From assembly GCA_965112735.1 (NCBI GenBank), contig OZ218955.1:2976001-3040000 (forward strand): DNA of 64,000 nucleotides, in the 5' to 3' direction. Positions 22,341 to 32,668 of this stretch are shown here, piece by piece. A model generated the notes under the pieces. The model was not told where the DNA came from and ran no database searches. It worked only from the letters and a program-made list of their open reading frames with translations. How positions within the stretch are numbered: position 1 is the first letter of the stretch; every line of letters starts with the position of its first letter. The position numbers and the translations under genes were made by a program. The stretch is from Phaeosaccion multiseriatum. Lineage: Eukaryota; Protista; Ochrophyta, other classes.

Positions 22341-24181
22341 GCTTGTCTGTCTCTGACTAAGTCTGGAGTTTGTCTGTCTGTCTCTGCTTGTCTGTCTGTC
22401 TGCCTGTCTGTCTCTGACTAGTTCTGACCTCCTGGAGTGTCTCCTCCAGGCGAATGGCCGCGGCCTTGTGAGCGTACAGCGCCGCCAGCTCGGCCTTGAT
22501 GTCCTTCACCTGATAGGAGGGGGTGAGGAGGTGAGGGAGGAGATTGGGAGGGAGGGAGGGAGGGATAGAGAGGGAGGGAGAAAGAGGGGGGAGGATGAGC
22601 TGTGTATGACGCGACGACCAGAGCAACCAAACGAACAAACAGCCCTGCCCAATGTTTTGCCCAACAATTACCCCAACACTGCGAGTGCAAGTCAAAAAGC
22701 GCCCCCCCCCCCCCCCCTTGTCTGCTCCCCTCTCACCTTGGACGCATACTCTAGCTTCGTCTTTCTGATTTGATCCAGCGCCTTGGTGTAGCGTGTGGAC
22801 TCGAAGATATCATCAAACTTTTGCTTCACCACCTTGCCCTCCTGCAAGGGCCACGAGGACTCCTCCTGTAGAGGGGGGGAGGGAGGGAGGGAGGGATAGG
22901 ATATGAAAAAACAATTGTGAAGCGAAACTCTGGTCTCTTTCTCTCTCTCTTCCTCCGCCCCACCTGATGGCAGAAGATGACGTTCTCGAGGATGGCAGCG
23001 GACACGCCCAGGCACTGCGGAACAGTCTTGTCGAGCTCCGAGCACTTGGCGCTGATGCTACTCTTCTTGTCACCGTCCTGGCTCCTGTGGGGAGGGCGAG
23101 GAGGGGAGGGGAGGGGAGGGGAGGGCAGAGTACATAGATGACAGCTATGCCAAGAACGCAAAAGTAGACGAGATGGCAGCAGATGGAAGTGTATCACCAA
23201 CGGTACGACCCATTGCTGTAACACCAACCTGATCACTCCGTCCAGGGCCTTGAAGGACAGCTTGTTGTTCTTGTTGGATAGCTGGAAGCCCCTAACGACC
23301 ACCATGCTCTTGCCGGTCTCTCTCGTGAAGCGTAGACGGATCAGAGCCTTGACATCGTGCTCCTCCTCGATCTGCACGTGACCCGTCACGGCATGGTACG
23401 CGGGCAGCGCACGCACGCACACACATACGCACGCACAAGAACACGCACAGGCACACACGCACATGCACGCACGCGCACAGAGAAAGAAGCGGTGGAGTTG
23501 TTGTTGGAGGGTGTTCGGCGTCGGAGGAGGGACGCGTCCAACCAGCAGAAACAGCAACAGAGGAAGGCGGGGGGGCGACGAAGGGGAAGGCGGAGGGTGG
23601 GGGGGAGAGAGTGCCTTCATACGGGTGTACGTCACGCTGAGTCGCGTGTGTGAGAAGGTCAATCAGCAGATAGACAGGGCGTCCCGCCAAATCGCGTCCC
23701 GCCGCATCTCCTTCTCACAGGCATCCTCCTACCTTGGGGTCGTGAATGAAGGTCTGCCCGTTTCTGGAGCTCGGCGGGAGCGAGCCAGTGCAGGCCATCT
23801 TGAGGCACTCAATGATGGTCGTCTTGCCGCAGCCGTTGGCCCCCACGATCATCGTCAGGGGGGAGTAGAACTCAATCGCCTGAAGAGGGGGGGGGGGAAG
23901 GCAAGGAGAGAGGCAGGGAGGGAGAGAGAGAGAGGGAGACAGACAGAGGCAGGCAGTCAGGCAGATAGGCAGGAGAGAATGAGCAAAGCGAAGGGCCGAG
24001 AGGGCGCTTGAAGGCAGGAAGGAATGGCGAGGGGGAGAGAGAGCATGACGAGAGAGCACACTTCTGCTCTCACTGGATGGTCCCACCGCCCCCTGTCCCC
24101 GCCCTCCCCGGTACTGACCTCCTCCGTGCGAGGGTTGAAGCTGCGGATGCCCCTGATCCCGAGCTTCTGGAGGGCCGCCAT
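10971..24181 (-). CDS. RAD50: DNA repair protein RAD50 (multi-exon, more than 20 introns)
   Basis: [15 protein letters not shown] start; Walker [16 protein letters not shown] (~23800-23845); ENVIFCHQ|EESSWPL and [14 protein letters not shown]; long coiled coil; zinc hook GCCPACKR (~17395-17418); signature MKGRCSAGQ; Walker B/D-loop [11 protein letters not shown]; H-loop VVITHD; stop at 10971. Confidence 0.97.
14549..14810. repeat. Degenerate ~50-bp minisatellite built on ctgtcctgacacccaccc in a RAD50 intron
   Basis: Repeated ctgtc(c/t)tgacac...cacccactcatccacccattctgac units. Confidence 0.85.
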
Positions 24182-24289
24182 GGTGGGTCCGCCTCCTCCT
24201 TTTCGTCAAGCCCTTGCAAAAAGGAGCCGGGCAACAGCGCAGCCGACACACGGCCTCGAAGCTCAAGAGACTTGTTCCCTCTCTGTCTC

Positions 24290-24351
<62 letters not shown>

Positions 24352-24709
24352 CCCCTGTGTCTGTCTTCAAATGGCGGGAAGAACGGATGGAGCGTTTTGA
24401 AAGGTATTCCGGCACCCAGAGCCGCAAGGCGCAACTAGGCTTAAGCGGCCACAACCTACCCTTATTTTCTCTCCTCTCTCCTTTCCTTTTTCCCTCTCCC
24501 CTTTCCCGGCAATTATCGATGTGTATTATGTGTGAGTTTGCGCTTGGCACGTGACTTTTGAAACTGGAAACTGTCAGACCCAAGGGGGTAGGCCACCCAT
24601 TTTTTTTTTTTTCTTTCCTTCTTCTGTCCCCTCCTATTTACGTACTACTTTCCGCTTTGGGAGGGTGTTGCACACTGGTGTGTGTGGCGCAAAGGTGTGT
24701 GGCGGTACC

Positions 24710-26932
24710 ATGGCGCTTCAGCACTATGTGGAGGAGTGGCGCCAGGAGAGCGCCGAGCTGGAAGCCTTGGGGTGGGAGAGCGTGACGGAACATTTGCTAA
24801 TGCTGCTCACAGCAATCGTAACGAGTGTCGACCTGAATGCGCTCAAGAAGCAGGGCCACTCGCCCCTGCACGCTCTTGCGGAGATGGAGAAGAAGGGCAA
24901 GTCGCGCAGTGCGGAGGAGAGGGGGATGAACATGCTGCCAAGCGTCAAGCTGCTGGAGAAGTGCGGGGTGGACGTGAATACGAGGTGTGGCGACGACGAC
25001 GTTTACTCTGGGGAGACTCCCCTTCACCGAGCTGCGTACATGGGCCACTTTGACCTTGTCAAGGGGCTCGTGAAGGCGGGGGCGGTGGTGCGCTCGGAGT
25101 GCGATGACGGGTGGACCCCTCTGGCCTTTGCTGCCGAAAAGGACCACCCCCTCATTCTTTCGCACCTCTTGAAGCACGGGTCTGAGGTGCAGGGCAGCGA
25201 GGCCATCCACGAGGCGGCCATTGCGGGGAGCCCTGTCTGCCTCAAGGCCCTAATCAGGGCGGGGGCCAAGCCAAACCAGAGGAACCGGGAGGACGACACA
25301 CCGGCCCAGGCCTGCTGCAGGGGCTCGGATGCAAAGAAGGAAAGGGCAGAGGCCCTGTCTGTGCTGCTCAAGAGCGGCGCCGACGTGCACGTCAAGACTG
25401 ACAAGGACAAGAGCCTCCTCCACATCGCTGCTGCCTGCGGACACAGCGAGTGCATCCCCCTCTTGCTGGAGAATGGGCTGGAGATTGACGCCAGAGACGC
25501 CAATATGCGCACCCCTCTGCACGGCGCCTGCCTCAACGGAAAGCTGGGCTGCGTGACGGCGCTCGTCCGCCGCGGGGCCTCCCTCAGCGCAGCCTCTGTG
25601 AGTGGCAACACGGCCCTCATGGACGCTGTCCGGAAGGAGCACGTGGAGGTGGTGGCCGCGCTGCTGCAGTGCCAGGGGGTGTCCATCAATGCCAAGAACA
25701 ACAACTCCATCACCGCCCTGCACCTCGGCGCCGCCCTGGGCAACATGGAGATCATCTACCTGCTCGTGGAGGCCGGGGCGGACGTCAATGCACTGACGAG
25801 CACGGGGGAGGCCCCTCTGATGACCTGCATGTGCCCCGCGGAGAGCAAGGCCAAAGAAGAGCTCAAGGCTTCCGCACCCACCTCGCTGGAGGGGCGGACA
25901 GAGCTGCGCGAGAAGATTGCCACCTTCCTGCTCAAGATGGGTGCCGCCGTGGACGGCGAGATGATTGCCTTGGCCGCGAAGAAAGGATTCGGAGACGTCA
26001 TGGCCGCCTTCTTTAGCCGAGAGAGGGAGCAGCACATCGCCGTCGTGGATAGGCTCGGTACAGTGGCGGAGCACTACTCGGTCACCGCCGACGGCGACGA
26101 AGAGAGGGTGTGCGACAGGGTGCATGTGCGCCTGAGCAACAAGTTCAGCGGGTGCAGGGGGCGCAAGAAGTACAGTCTGAGCATACCCCTTGTGGAGAAG
26201 CTCATGGAGAAGATCCGTGAGGGGCGGGAGGCGGAAGAGGGAGGAGGGGGCGGCTCTCACAGCAGGGTGCCTCCTCGTTCCGCCGCGGGTATTCTCCCCA
26301 CCTACCTCGACCCTGCCAAGTACGGGTACAAGAGCGGCAGCGGCGGTGGAGCGAGCTCGGGGGGAGGGGTGCAAGGGAAGGAGGGCGTCCACGGTGCTGC
26401 TCCTGGCACCAATGGCTCTGACGATCAGCGCAAGGGTAAGGGCAAGGGCAAGGTCAAGGAGGTGGAGCTGGTGTACGACGGCATAAGCTTCACGGAGGAG
26501 GGCTTCGAGGCGGTGGTCAAATTCGTCACCACGGGCAGCGTGGAGGGGCTGCTGGCCAAGAGGCCCGTGCTAGCCTCCAAGAGGAAGAGGAGCGGTGACG
26601 ACAACAGGTGGATGGACTTCTTTGTCAGCGAGGATGAGCACAGCAGCAGGAGCAGCAGCGATGGTGCTGGTGCCAGCAGCAGTGGTGAGGGCCACTGTGG
26701 CGGCAGCAGCAGCGGCGGCAGCAGCAGAGCGGGGAATAAGGGGCGGCGGAAGTTGTTTGACGTGAGCAAGGCCAAGCAGGCCCTGCAGGCAGCGGAGTTC
26801 TTCTGCTTGGAGGGCATGTCGAGGGAGGTGAAGGCGCTGATGGGCGAGTACGGCTTTGAGTTGCAGAGTGGGAGCTCGGTCGGAGGAAGTGACGAAGGGA
26901 GCTGCAAGAGGTCGAGGAGCAACAGCGCATAA
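24710..26932 (+). CDS. Intronless ankyrin-repeat protein with a C-terminal BTB/POZ-like region
   Basis: The first ATG of ORF 24551-26932 is at 24710. About 9 ankyrin repeats (GETPLHRAAYMGH, GWTPLAFAA, RTPLHGACLNG, GNTALMDA, ITALHLGAALGN). The C-terminal EGFEAVVKFVTTG...ALQAAEFFCLEGM resembles BTB helices split by a low-complexity insert; this domain call is inference. Confidence 0.85.
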   Translation: MALQHYVEEWRQESAELEALGWESVTEHLLMLLTAIVTSVDLNALKKQGHSPLHALAEMEKKGKSRSAEERGMNMLPSVKLLEKCGVDVNTRCGDDDVYSGETPLHRAAYMGHFDLVKGLVKAGAVVRSECDDGWTPLAFAAEKDHPLILSHLLKHGSEVQGSEAIHEAAIAGSPVCLKALIRAGAKPNQRNREDDTPAQACCRGSDAKKERAEALSVLLKSGADVHVKTDKDKSLLHIAAACGHSECIPLLLENGLEIDARDANMRTPLHGACLNGKLGCVTALVRRGASLSAASVSGNTALMDAVRKEHVEVVAALLQCQGVSINAKNNNSITALHLGAALGNMEIIYLLVEAGADVNALTSTGEAPLMTCMCPAESKAKEELKASAPTSLEGRTELREKIATFLLKMGAAVDGEMIALAAKKGFGDVMAAFFSREREQHIAVVDRLGTVAEHYSVTADGDEERVCDRVHVRLSNKFSGCRGRKKYSLSIPLVEKLMEKIREGREAEEGGGGGSHSRVPPRSAAGILPTYLDPAKYGYKSGSGGGASSGGGVQGKEGVHGAAPGTNGSDDQRKGKGKGKVKEVELVYDGISFTEEGFEAVVKFVTTGSVEGLLAKRPVLASKRKRSGDDNRWMDFFVSEDEHSSRSSSDGAGASSSGEGHCGGSSSGGSSRAGNKGRRKLFDVSKAKQALQAAEFFCLEGMSREVKALMGEYGFELQSGSSVGGSDEGSCKRSRSNSA

Positions 26933-27359
26933 GTCAAGGAAGGAGTGGAGACCATGTGCTAGTCTCTGCGAACGCCACACTTGGTGCTGATGCCGATGCC
27001 GAGAGTATGTAAGGAAGTACCTTGACCTTTGGGGCGTGGTACACCCACAGACGGAAACTGCTCATGTCAGCAGTGGGGGGGGGCGGCGGGGTTGTTTACA
27101 CTTGGGTAGGGTTTGTATAGAAATGGAAAAAGGAGAATAGGAACATTTATTTCATTGGGTTGGCTGAGGCTGAAGCACCCTTTTTCTCTCAAAAGGAAAA
27201 GGTATCACCCACTCACGCTTCTTGTTTTTGTTTTTTTTTCTCTCTTCCACCAATCTCTTGTCGACTCATCAACCGCACACTAGCCGCTGCGCGCCAAAGC
27301 CATCATCAGACCCTCTGCGCGGGGCATACTCGTATACTCTGATACACAGCACGCGCACC

Positions 27360-27723
27360 ATGACAACACGACAGGCCACTATTCGGTTCGTGGACGACGA
27401 ATGGTACGGAGAGACGAAGGCATCGGAAGCGTCAGGGTATGCCAATAGCACGGAGCGCCTGTTGCTGCTGCTCAAGGCCGTCCTCTGCAGCGTGGACCTT
27501 AACGCACTGAAGAAGAAGGGGCTACACTCCGCTCCATGCCCTGGCCGACATGGACAAGACCAAGAAGACGCGCTGCTCAGAGAACAGGGGCATGAAGATG
27601 CACGGAGGCGTCAAGCAAGCTGCTGGAGAAGTGCGGGTTACAGAGCAGCTCGAGGCTTGGCAAAAAGGGGAACATTGCTGGCAAGACCCCGCTCCATCGG
27701 GCTGCAAGGGGCACTTCGAGCTG
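27360..27723 (+). pseudogene. Frameshifted, truncated paralogue of the 24710 ankyrin gene
   Basis: TERLLLLLKAVLCSVDLNALKKKG aligns with TEHLLMLLTAIVTSVDLNALKKQG. After a +1 G it reads YTPLHALADMDK...ENRGMKM..GVK (vs HSPLHALAEMEK...ERGMNM..SVK). After a 4-bp CAAG duplication it reads LLEKCG, followed by remnants TPLHRA and GHFEL. Confidence 0.85.
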
Positions 27724-29449
27724 GAGTTCTGTCTGCAGTTCACACCATGTGTCTACGCAATCGGAGCATACCACTTCCCATCTCCCGGTATCCTGCTTCG
27801 CGCATACGCGGCATATGAAGCGCTTCTCCCCCCTCCTCCCTTGGTCTCTTTCGAGTCGTAAGGCAGGGAATGTGCTCTGCAGCTCAGACTCTCCCCTGTG
27901 CCACCAAAGTGCTTGCAACGCCTCCTTCTTTCCTGCCATGTGAACATGATCTCACATTCGGGATCGGTACAGACCTTCCCGTCGTCCTCCTGCTCACTCG
28001 TGACGACCTGCGGAAAGTGGCAAAAGAGAGGGGAGTAGTACACGTACGCGATTTTGCACATGGGATTATGACCTTTGAAGCTAAAACTTGGTCACAAGCC
28101 AGGCTATATATGAGTGATGTTGATCCCACTTGGACCGCTCGTAACTGCCAGGCGAAGCCTTCCATCTCACGCCCTCTCCCCCTCTCGTGTGCCCTCACCT
28201 TTTCGGCCACCTCGGGTGACGACCTGCCATAGACCTCTTGCCCTCCGCCCATGGACAGCGGCGGTACGGGAGTCGTCAGACGTGTCCTGCGGACGAGATG
28301 ACGCCCTGATGGACCCTGAAAATGGGTAGAATAGAGCAGCGTCCACGTCTCAGAGACATCCAACTGTGAAGGTGGAGTACCCTAACTTCAGGGGCAAAAT
28401 TGCCGACGAGCTGGAGGCGGAAGAGCATGCGACGCATATGAAAAGTTTCGTTTACTCCTGGAGAAGAGATCGTATCTTGGACCCCGCTTATCTCTATGGG
28501 TATACCCCCCTCCGTCCTCTCTCTCTATCGAAACCAAGGTTGGAGAAAAACTTGTCAGTTCTTGCCACAAAGCTGCTGCGAGCACGCTCTCAGCTGCCCA
28601 ATCCCGAGTTCACTATGTTTTCCTAAAGCTTGCGCAAGCGCTTCGTCTGGGATAGTCCGTATATCTAGTATTCATCTCCTCCCTCACGTGCCCCAGCCGA
28701 TGAAAAAAAATGACAACAAAAAAAATTCGGTCACAGGGCGGTTACAGCAAGGGCCAGAGGGGCGGTTAATTGACATACAAGGGAGGGGGAAAGGAACCTG
28801 CTATGCAGAGAGTGGCAAGCTATTGAGAGAGCCCTCCTTCCTCTTCGCTTGTAGTGGGGCACGCCTGGGGAGGAGGGGCTTGTCTTGAGTCAGGATTTGG
28901 TCGGCTTGGTTTCCCCCCGCTCTCACCTAGCTTAGCGCTGCGTTGGCCTCTTCTTGCACAGAGAGTGAAGTGGAAGGACTGTGACAGGTGGCTGTGAGGA
29001 CAACGCGGCGAGGGAGCCCTCCTTCCCCGACACTTTTCGTGAGACACGCCTGAGGGGGACGGGCATCGCCTGCTTGGTTCCCCCGATTTTCTCTTCCCCC
29101 CGCTCTCGCCCTCTCCTGCGAGCGGCTGGGGATCGACAGGTCAACCCGTCCTCACCATGCCTCAGCAGGCCAGAGCACCAGAGGTAAGGCACAGCAGGGG
29201 CTCGCTCGGTGACCCGTCGTAGAAGCAAGGTTGATAATGTGAGGGTAGCGAGCGGAAATGAGTCTCCCTTTCGAACGGGAGCGCGCCAGAGTAAGCGGAT
29301 GACAACGTGTGGTGGGAGGAGTGTTTACGTTAGGCTGTTGAAGGAATGCTCCTCCAGTCCAGAGTACTGAGCGCGATTCCCCACTTCCCACCTTTTCCTT
29401 GTCGCCCTCATGTCTTCTCTCCCGAACGCTGGACGCATGGACAAGCAAG

Positions 29450-30961
29450 ATGCAACGACTCTGTCAGTCCATCGCTGGAATGGAAAGCCTCTCCACTGTG
29501 AGAGCGCTGGTCAGGAAGCTCGTCGCCAAGCACGGCAAAGCGATCTTGGAGATGCCTGTCGACAAAGAAGGCTTTACGGCTATGATATGGGCTGCGAGAT
29601 ACGATCGACTGGATGTCGTTGACCTTCTGCTGCAGGAGGGGGCCTCCTTCAGCACCGGGGGAGGGTCGCACGGGACCACGCCATTGATAGCAGCTAGCTC
29701 GTCGGGGTACAACGAGGTGGTGAGACGGCTGTTGGATGTCGGGGACGATGTAGACCAACTAGATCTCCACGGGATGACTCCCTTGATTGCGGCTGCCGAG
29801 AACGGGCACTTCACAACTGTGCAACACCTCCTTCTGGCGGGGGCCGGTGTCAATGCTGCTGATAATAGGGGATCTACTTCGATCTGGCTGGCTTCTCAGA
29901 ATGGGCACACCTCCGTCGTGGAGCAGCTCATTGCAGCGGACGCGGATGTGAACAAAGTAAACGACACCGGATGGACTCCACTCTTCATTGCGTCCGGAAA
30001 AGGGCATGAGAGCGTGGTGCAGCGGCTGATCAGGGCCAACGCCACCATCGAAAGGGCTGATGAGAGCGGCCACACTCCACTGTGGGTAGCCTCGGAGGGC
30101 GGGCATGCGTCAATCGTGCAACAGCTCCTCGATGAGCATGCCAACGTGCATGCCAGGAGCGCTGCGGGCTTTACTCCTCTAATGGTCGCTGCTCACGGAG
30201 GACACTTGGCCGTGGTGAAGTTCCTTTTGGCTGCAGGGGCGGACGTACTCGCGTCTCACCGGGGGGGCTTCACTCCTCTGCACATGGCCGCTCAGGAAGG
30301 TCACGATGCCGTGGTGGGGCGGCTTCTTTCTGCGGGGGCAAAGGTGGAGACAGCGGAGAAAGATGGTACAACACCCCTCCACCTTGCTGGTCAAAATGGA
30401 CACGAGGCCGTGGTGGAGCGGCTTCTTTCTGCGGGGGCAAAGGTGGAGACAGCGGAGAAAGATGGTGCAACACCCCTCCACTTTGCTGCTGGAAAAGGTC
30501 ACGAGGCCGTGGTGGAGCGGCTTGTCTGTGCAGGAGCAAAGGTGGAGAGAGCGGACAAAGGTGGTGCAACACCCCTCCACCTTGCTGCTCAAGAAGGACA
30601 CGAGGCCGTCGTCGCTCGCCTCACCTCTGCCGGATCCCCGATTGATGCCCTGGGAACGAACGGCGTTACCCCACTGCTTTCCGCCATCTACCAGAATCAT
30701 CATGACACTGCACGGCAGCTCCTCTCGGCCGATGCCTCGGTTGACAAGGCCTTGGCTGGGGCACGGTGGAATGGACTCGGCCCTGAGATTGAGCAGCGGC
30801 TCAGAGAGGCAGCAGCAGCCTTCTTCCGATCGCAGAGTACACTGGACCTTATGCGAAGGACCGATCCGACCTTCTGCAAGGAGAGGGGGATTCCGCCGCT
30901 GGACAGGCCCTGGAGTGTCGGGAGCGAGACGTGGGAGAGGATGGCGGAGGAAATGAGCTGA
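29450..30961 (+). CDS. Intronless ankyrin-repeat protein (~12 repeats)
   Basis: ATG at 29450 in ORF 29399-30961; canonical repeats GTTPLIAASSSG, GMTPLIAAAENGH, GWTPLFIASGKGH, GFTPLHMAAQEGH and others. Confidence 0.92.
   Translation: MQRLCQSIAGMESLSTVRALVRKLVAKHGKAILEMPVDKEGFTAMIWAARYDRLDVVDLLLQEGASFSTGGGSHGTTPLIAASSSGYNEVVRRLLDVGDDVDQLDLHGMTPLIAAAENGHFTTVQHLLLAGAGVNAADNRGSTSIWLASQNGHTSVVEQLIAADADVNKVNDTGWTPLFIASGKGHESVVQRLIRANATIERADESGHTPLWVASEGGHASIVQQLLDEHANVHARSAAGFTPLMVAAHGGHLAVVKFLLAAGADVLASHRGGFTPLHMAAQEGHDAVVGRLLSAGAKVETAEKDGTTPLHLAGQNGHEAVVERLLSAGAKVETAEKDGATPLHFAAGKGHEAVVERLVCAGAKVERADKGGATPLHLAAQEGHEAVVARLTSAGSPIDALGTNGVTPLLSAIYQNHHDTARQLLSADASVDKALAGARWNGLGPEIEQRLREAAAAFFRSQSTLDLMRRTDPTFCKERGIPPLDRPWSVGSETWERMAEEMS
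30272..30612 (+). repeat. Near-identical 99-bp tandem repeats (one ankyrin unit each, ~3.5 copies)
   Basis: The unit containing gtggtggagcggcttctttctgcgggggcaaaggtggagacagcggagaaagatggt recurs at 99-bp spacing with few substitutions. Confidence 0.9.
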
Positions 30962-32668
30962 ACTCAAGAGTTGTGGGCCTGCTGGGTGAGATGCGAGGTA
31001 GGGGGGGGACAGCGACCGAGACTAAAGAGGACTGCTCTCGCTCGCTTGCACTAGTCAGGCCATGGGGAGTATGGGCATACCACGATGCGATGTGAGAGAG
31101 GCACCGTCTATGGCACATTCAGATCGACTTGGCGGGAATGGCTTTGGGATCGAACCAAAAGGAATGGGGTTGGGGGGGGGGGGGGGGGGTGGGATTCACA
31201 CTGGGGTAGCTAGCAAATAGTTCAATACAGTGCTTGAGCTTGTGAGGCGAAGGACTTTCTTTGGGTACGACGCGCATCGGCAGTTCCGCTCGCTCGGGTG
31301 GGCGGAGGCATTCCAAAATTGGGGAAAGGTATACCCATAAGGTTCTTGGATCGGGCGCCGCAGGCGGGCACAGCAATGGGTCGTAGATTGGAGGGGGCGC
31401 AATTCCCCTGATATCCGGCACATGCGCATACGCGAAGGTGATGCCAGCAGTGGGGTGCTGTGCTCGGGTGGAGGCAAAGGCAAGCCACACGCTCATCGAG
31501 GCAGCAGCTGTGCGTGCAGTCCAATCGAAGCAATACCTACTCACTCACACTCACTCACTCACTCACTCACCCACCCACTCACTCACTCCCGTCATCGAGC
31601 AGAGTCTTGTGAGCCACCGCTGCTCCCTCCATTGGTTCCTATCGTCTTCACAAAGGCCTGCCCTCGGCCAAACCCCCCCATTCTTCTCTCTCTTCACTTC
31701 AAAAAGAGGCAAACGGACTCGGTCACCGACCCACTTGAGAGGCGAGAGGACTTCTATGGGGCTTCTGTGAGCCTTCTGTAGACCCTTTTGTAGGCCTTAG
31801 GTAAGTCCTCATGTACACCCTATGTAGGCCTCTGGAAGGGTCAGGTCAGAACTTGGAGCGTGTCGACGCCAAGCAAGTGCCAAGCATTGACTTAACAGCA
31901 GCTCTTGCGTCCTCAGCTTTCTCGCGTGCAGCTAAAGAACCTGAGTAGTATGCATGTTGGTGCTCGCGTTAGTTTGCATTACTGCTACAAACCTTAAGGC
32001 CTTACTCTTGGGGGAGGAAAAGGGGTCAGGACCTGGAGGGGCCTACCGCTCCAGCAGTTTCAGTCTCGATGGGATTGCCCCCTCCCCTCCCGTGGTGGAC
32101 CAGCCCTTGGTTGCGCTCATACACGCACCGTGCGCGGTGCAAAGTGGTAAGAGGCGACTGAGGACTGAGGCGTGGGGACTGATGTCTGAGCACTGACAAA
32201 TGAGCAACTGAGTGGGGGGCACTCTCGCGGTCGTTGACTGCCTGCCATTCGTTGCCCACTCTCCTCGGAGCGCGCAAGCGAATGCGAGTAGCAGCAACAC
32301 CAATGGGCTCAAGACAAGCCACTCCTTCGCTGTGGGCGGCTCACGCCACACGCCCCCGCCACACACTGTCCCCGGAGGGGTGCAGACCGAGCACTACGTA
32401 AGACACGTAAGGGCCGATTGGATTCTCGAGTGACAATGGGCCATTGCCCATTGCTTGCTGCTCGGTCAAAGACGCGCTATCGTAATGCCTACCCAAGAAG
32501 GTGCAGCGTGTAGCTCGCGGCGTGCAAGAAACAATTTCACTTGTATGCAGACCAAAACATGGAACCAGAAGCGAGGTGCCAAAAGGTGACGACAGAGCAA
32601 TAACTACGGAAAATGAGACACAATCACTTACTATTCCTTGCAGCTCTGCTGATGCTTGTTGCGTCGTC

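Noticed and set aside
31119-31544. 141-aa minus-strand ORF
   Set aside because: No recognisable motif, no clear start or splice context; cannot be supported as a gene.
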